This document shows positions 63,943-64,000 of a DNA stretch of 64,000 nt, in pieces. A model generated the notes under the pieces. That model was not told the DNA's origin. It did not search any database and saw only the letters and a program-made list of their open reading frames with translations. The position numbers were made by a program, and so were the translations under genes. Origin of the DNA: Felis catus (lineage: Eukaryota); NCBI RefSeq assembly GCF_018350175.1, contig NC_058368.1, positions 223,450,001-223,514,000 on the forward strand. Reading direction: 5' to 3'. Each line of letters begins with the position of its first letter. The first letter of the stretch is position 1.

Positions 63943-64000
63943 GTGTCGTAGACTCTCTAAAGTCCTAAGTGTCTAAAGTTCTCTCTTGTCTAGCAAGAGA

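Noticed and set aside
1..64000. CRISPR array, prokaryotic defence system or other novel multi-gene system
   Set aside because: Mammalian repeat-rich non-coding DNA; no repeat-spacer periodicity, operons or long ORFs

Overview
AT-rich, repeat-dense, non-coding mammalian DNA, almost certainly from a felid (cat family): it carries about 30 tRNA-Lys-derived carnivore SINEs (Can-SINE/SINEC, several of the young felid type) plus carnivore-type L1 3' ends. I could not support any protein-coding exon, RNA gene, CpG island or CRISPR array. The supplied ORFs that I could assign are microsatellite or SINE read-throughs, decayed L1 ORF1/ORF2 pieces, or have no recognisable product. Content: a near-full-length old L1 with candidate TSDs (44756-52517), two 5'-inverted L1s, other L1 fragments, Tigger1, Tigger2a and MER5A DNA-transposon relics, LTR41- and MLT1-like solo LTRs, MIR/L2 traces and many microsatellites. 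I found no convincing new biological system. The best observations are mechanistic footprints: two head-to-head SINEs whose TSDs meet at one TTTT^AAAA site, a ~140-bp local duplication 3.15 kb apart, an orphan poly(A) insertion with TSDs, three-level nested insertions and several hairpin/palindrome structures. A few repeat-free blocks are weak enhancer or lncRNA-exon candidates. Repeat subfamily names come from my recall of consensus sequences, not from a database search.
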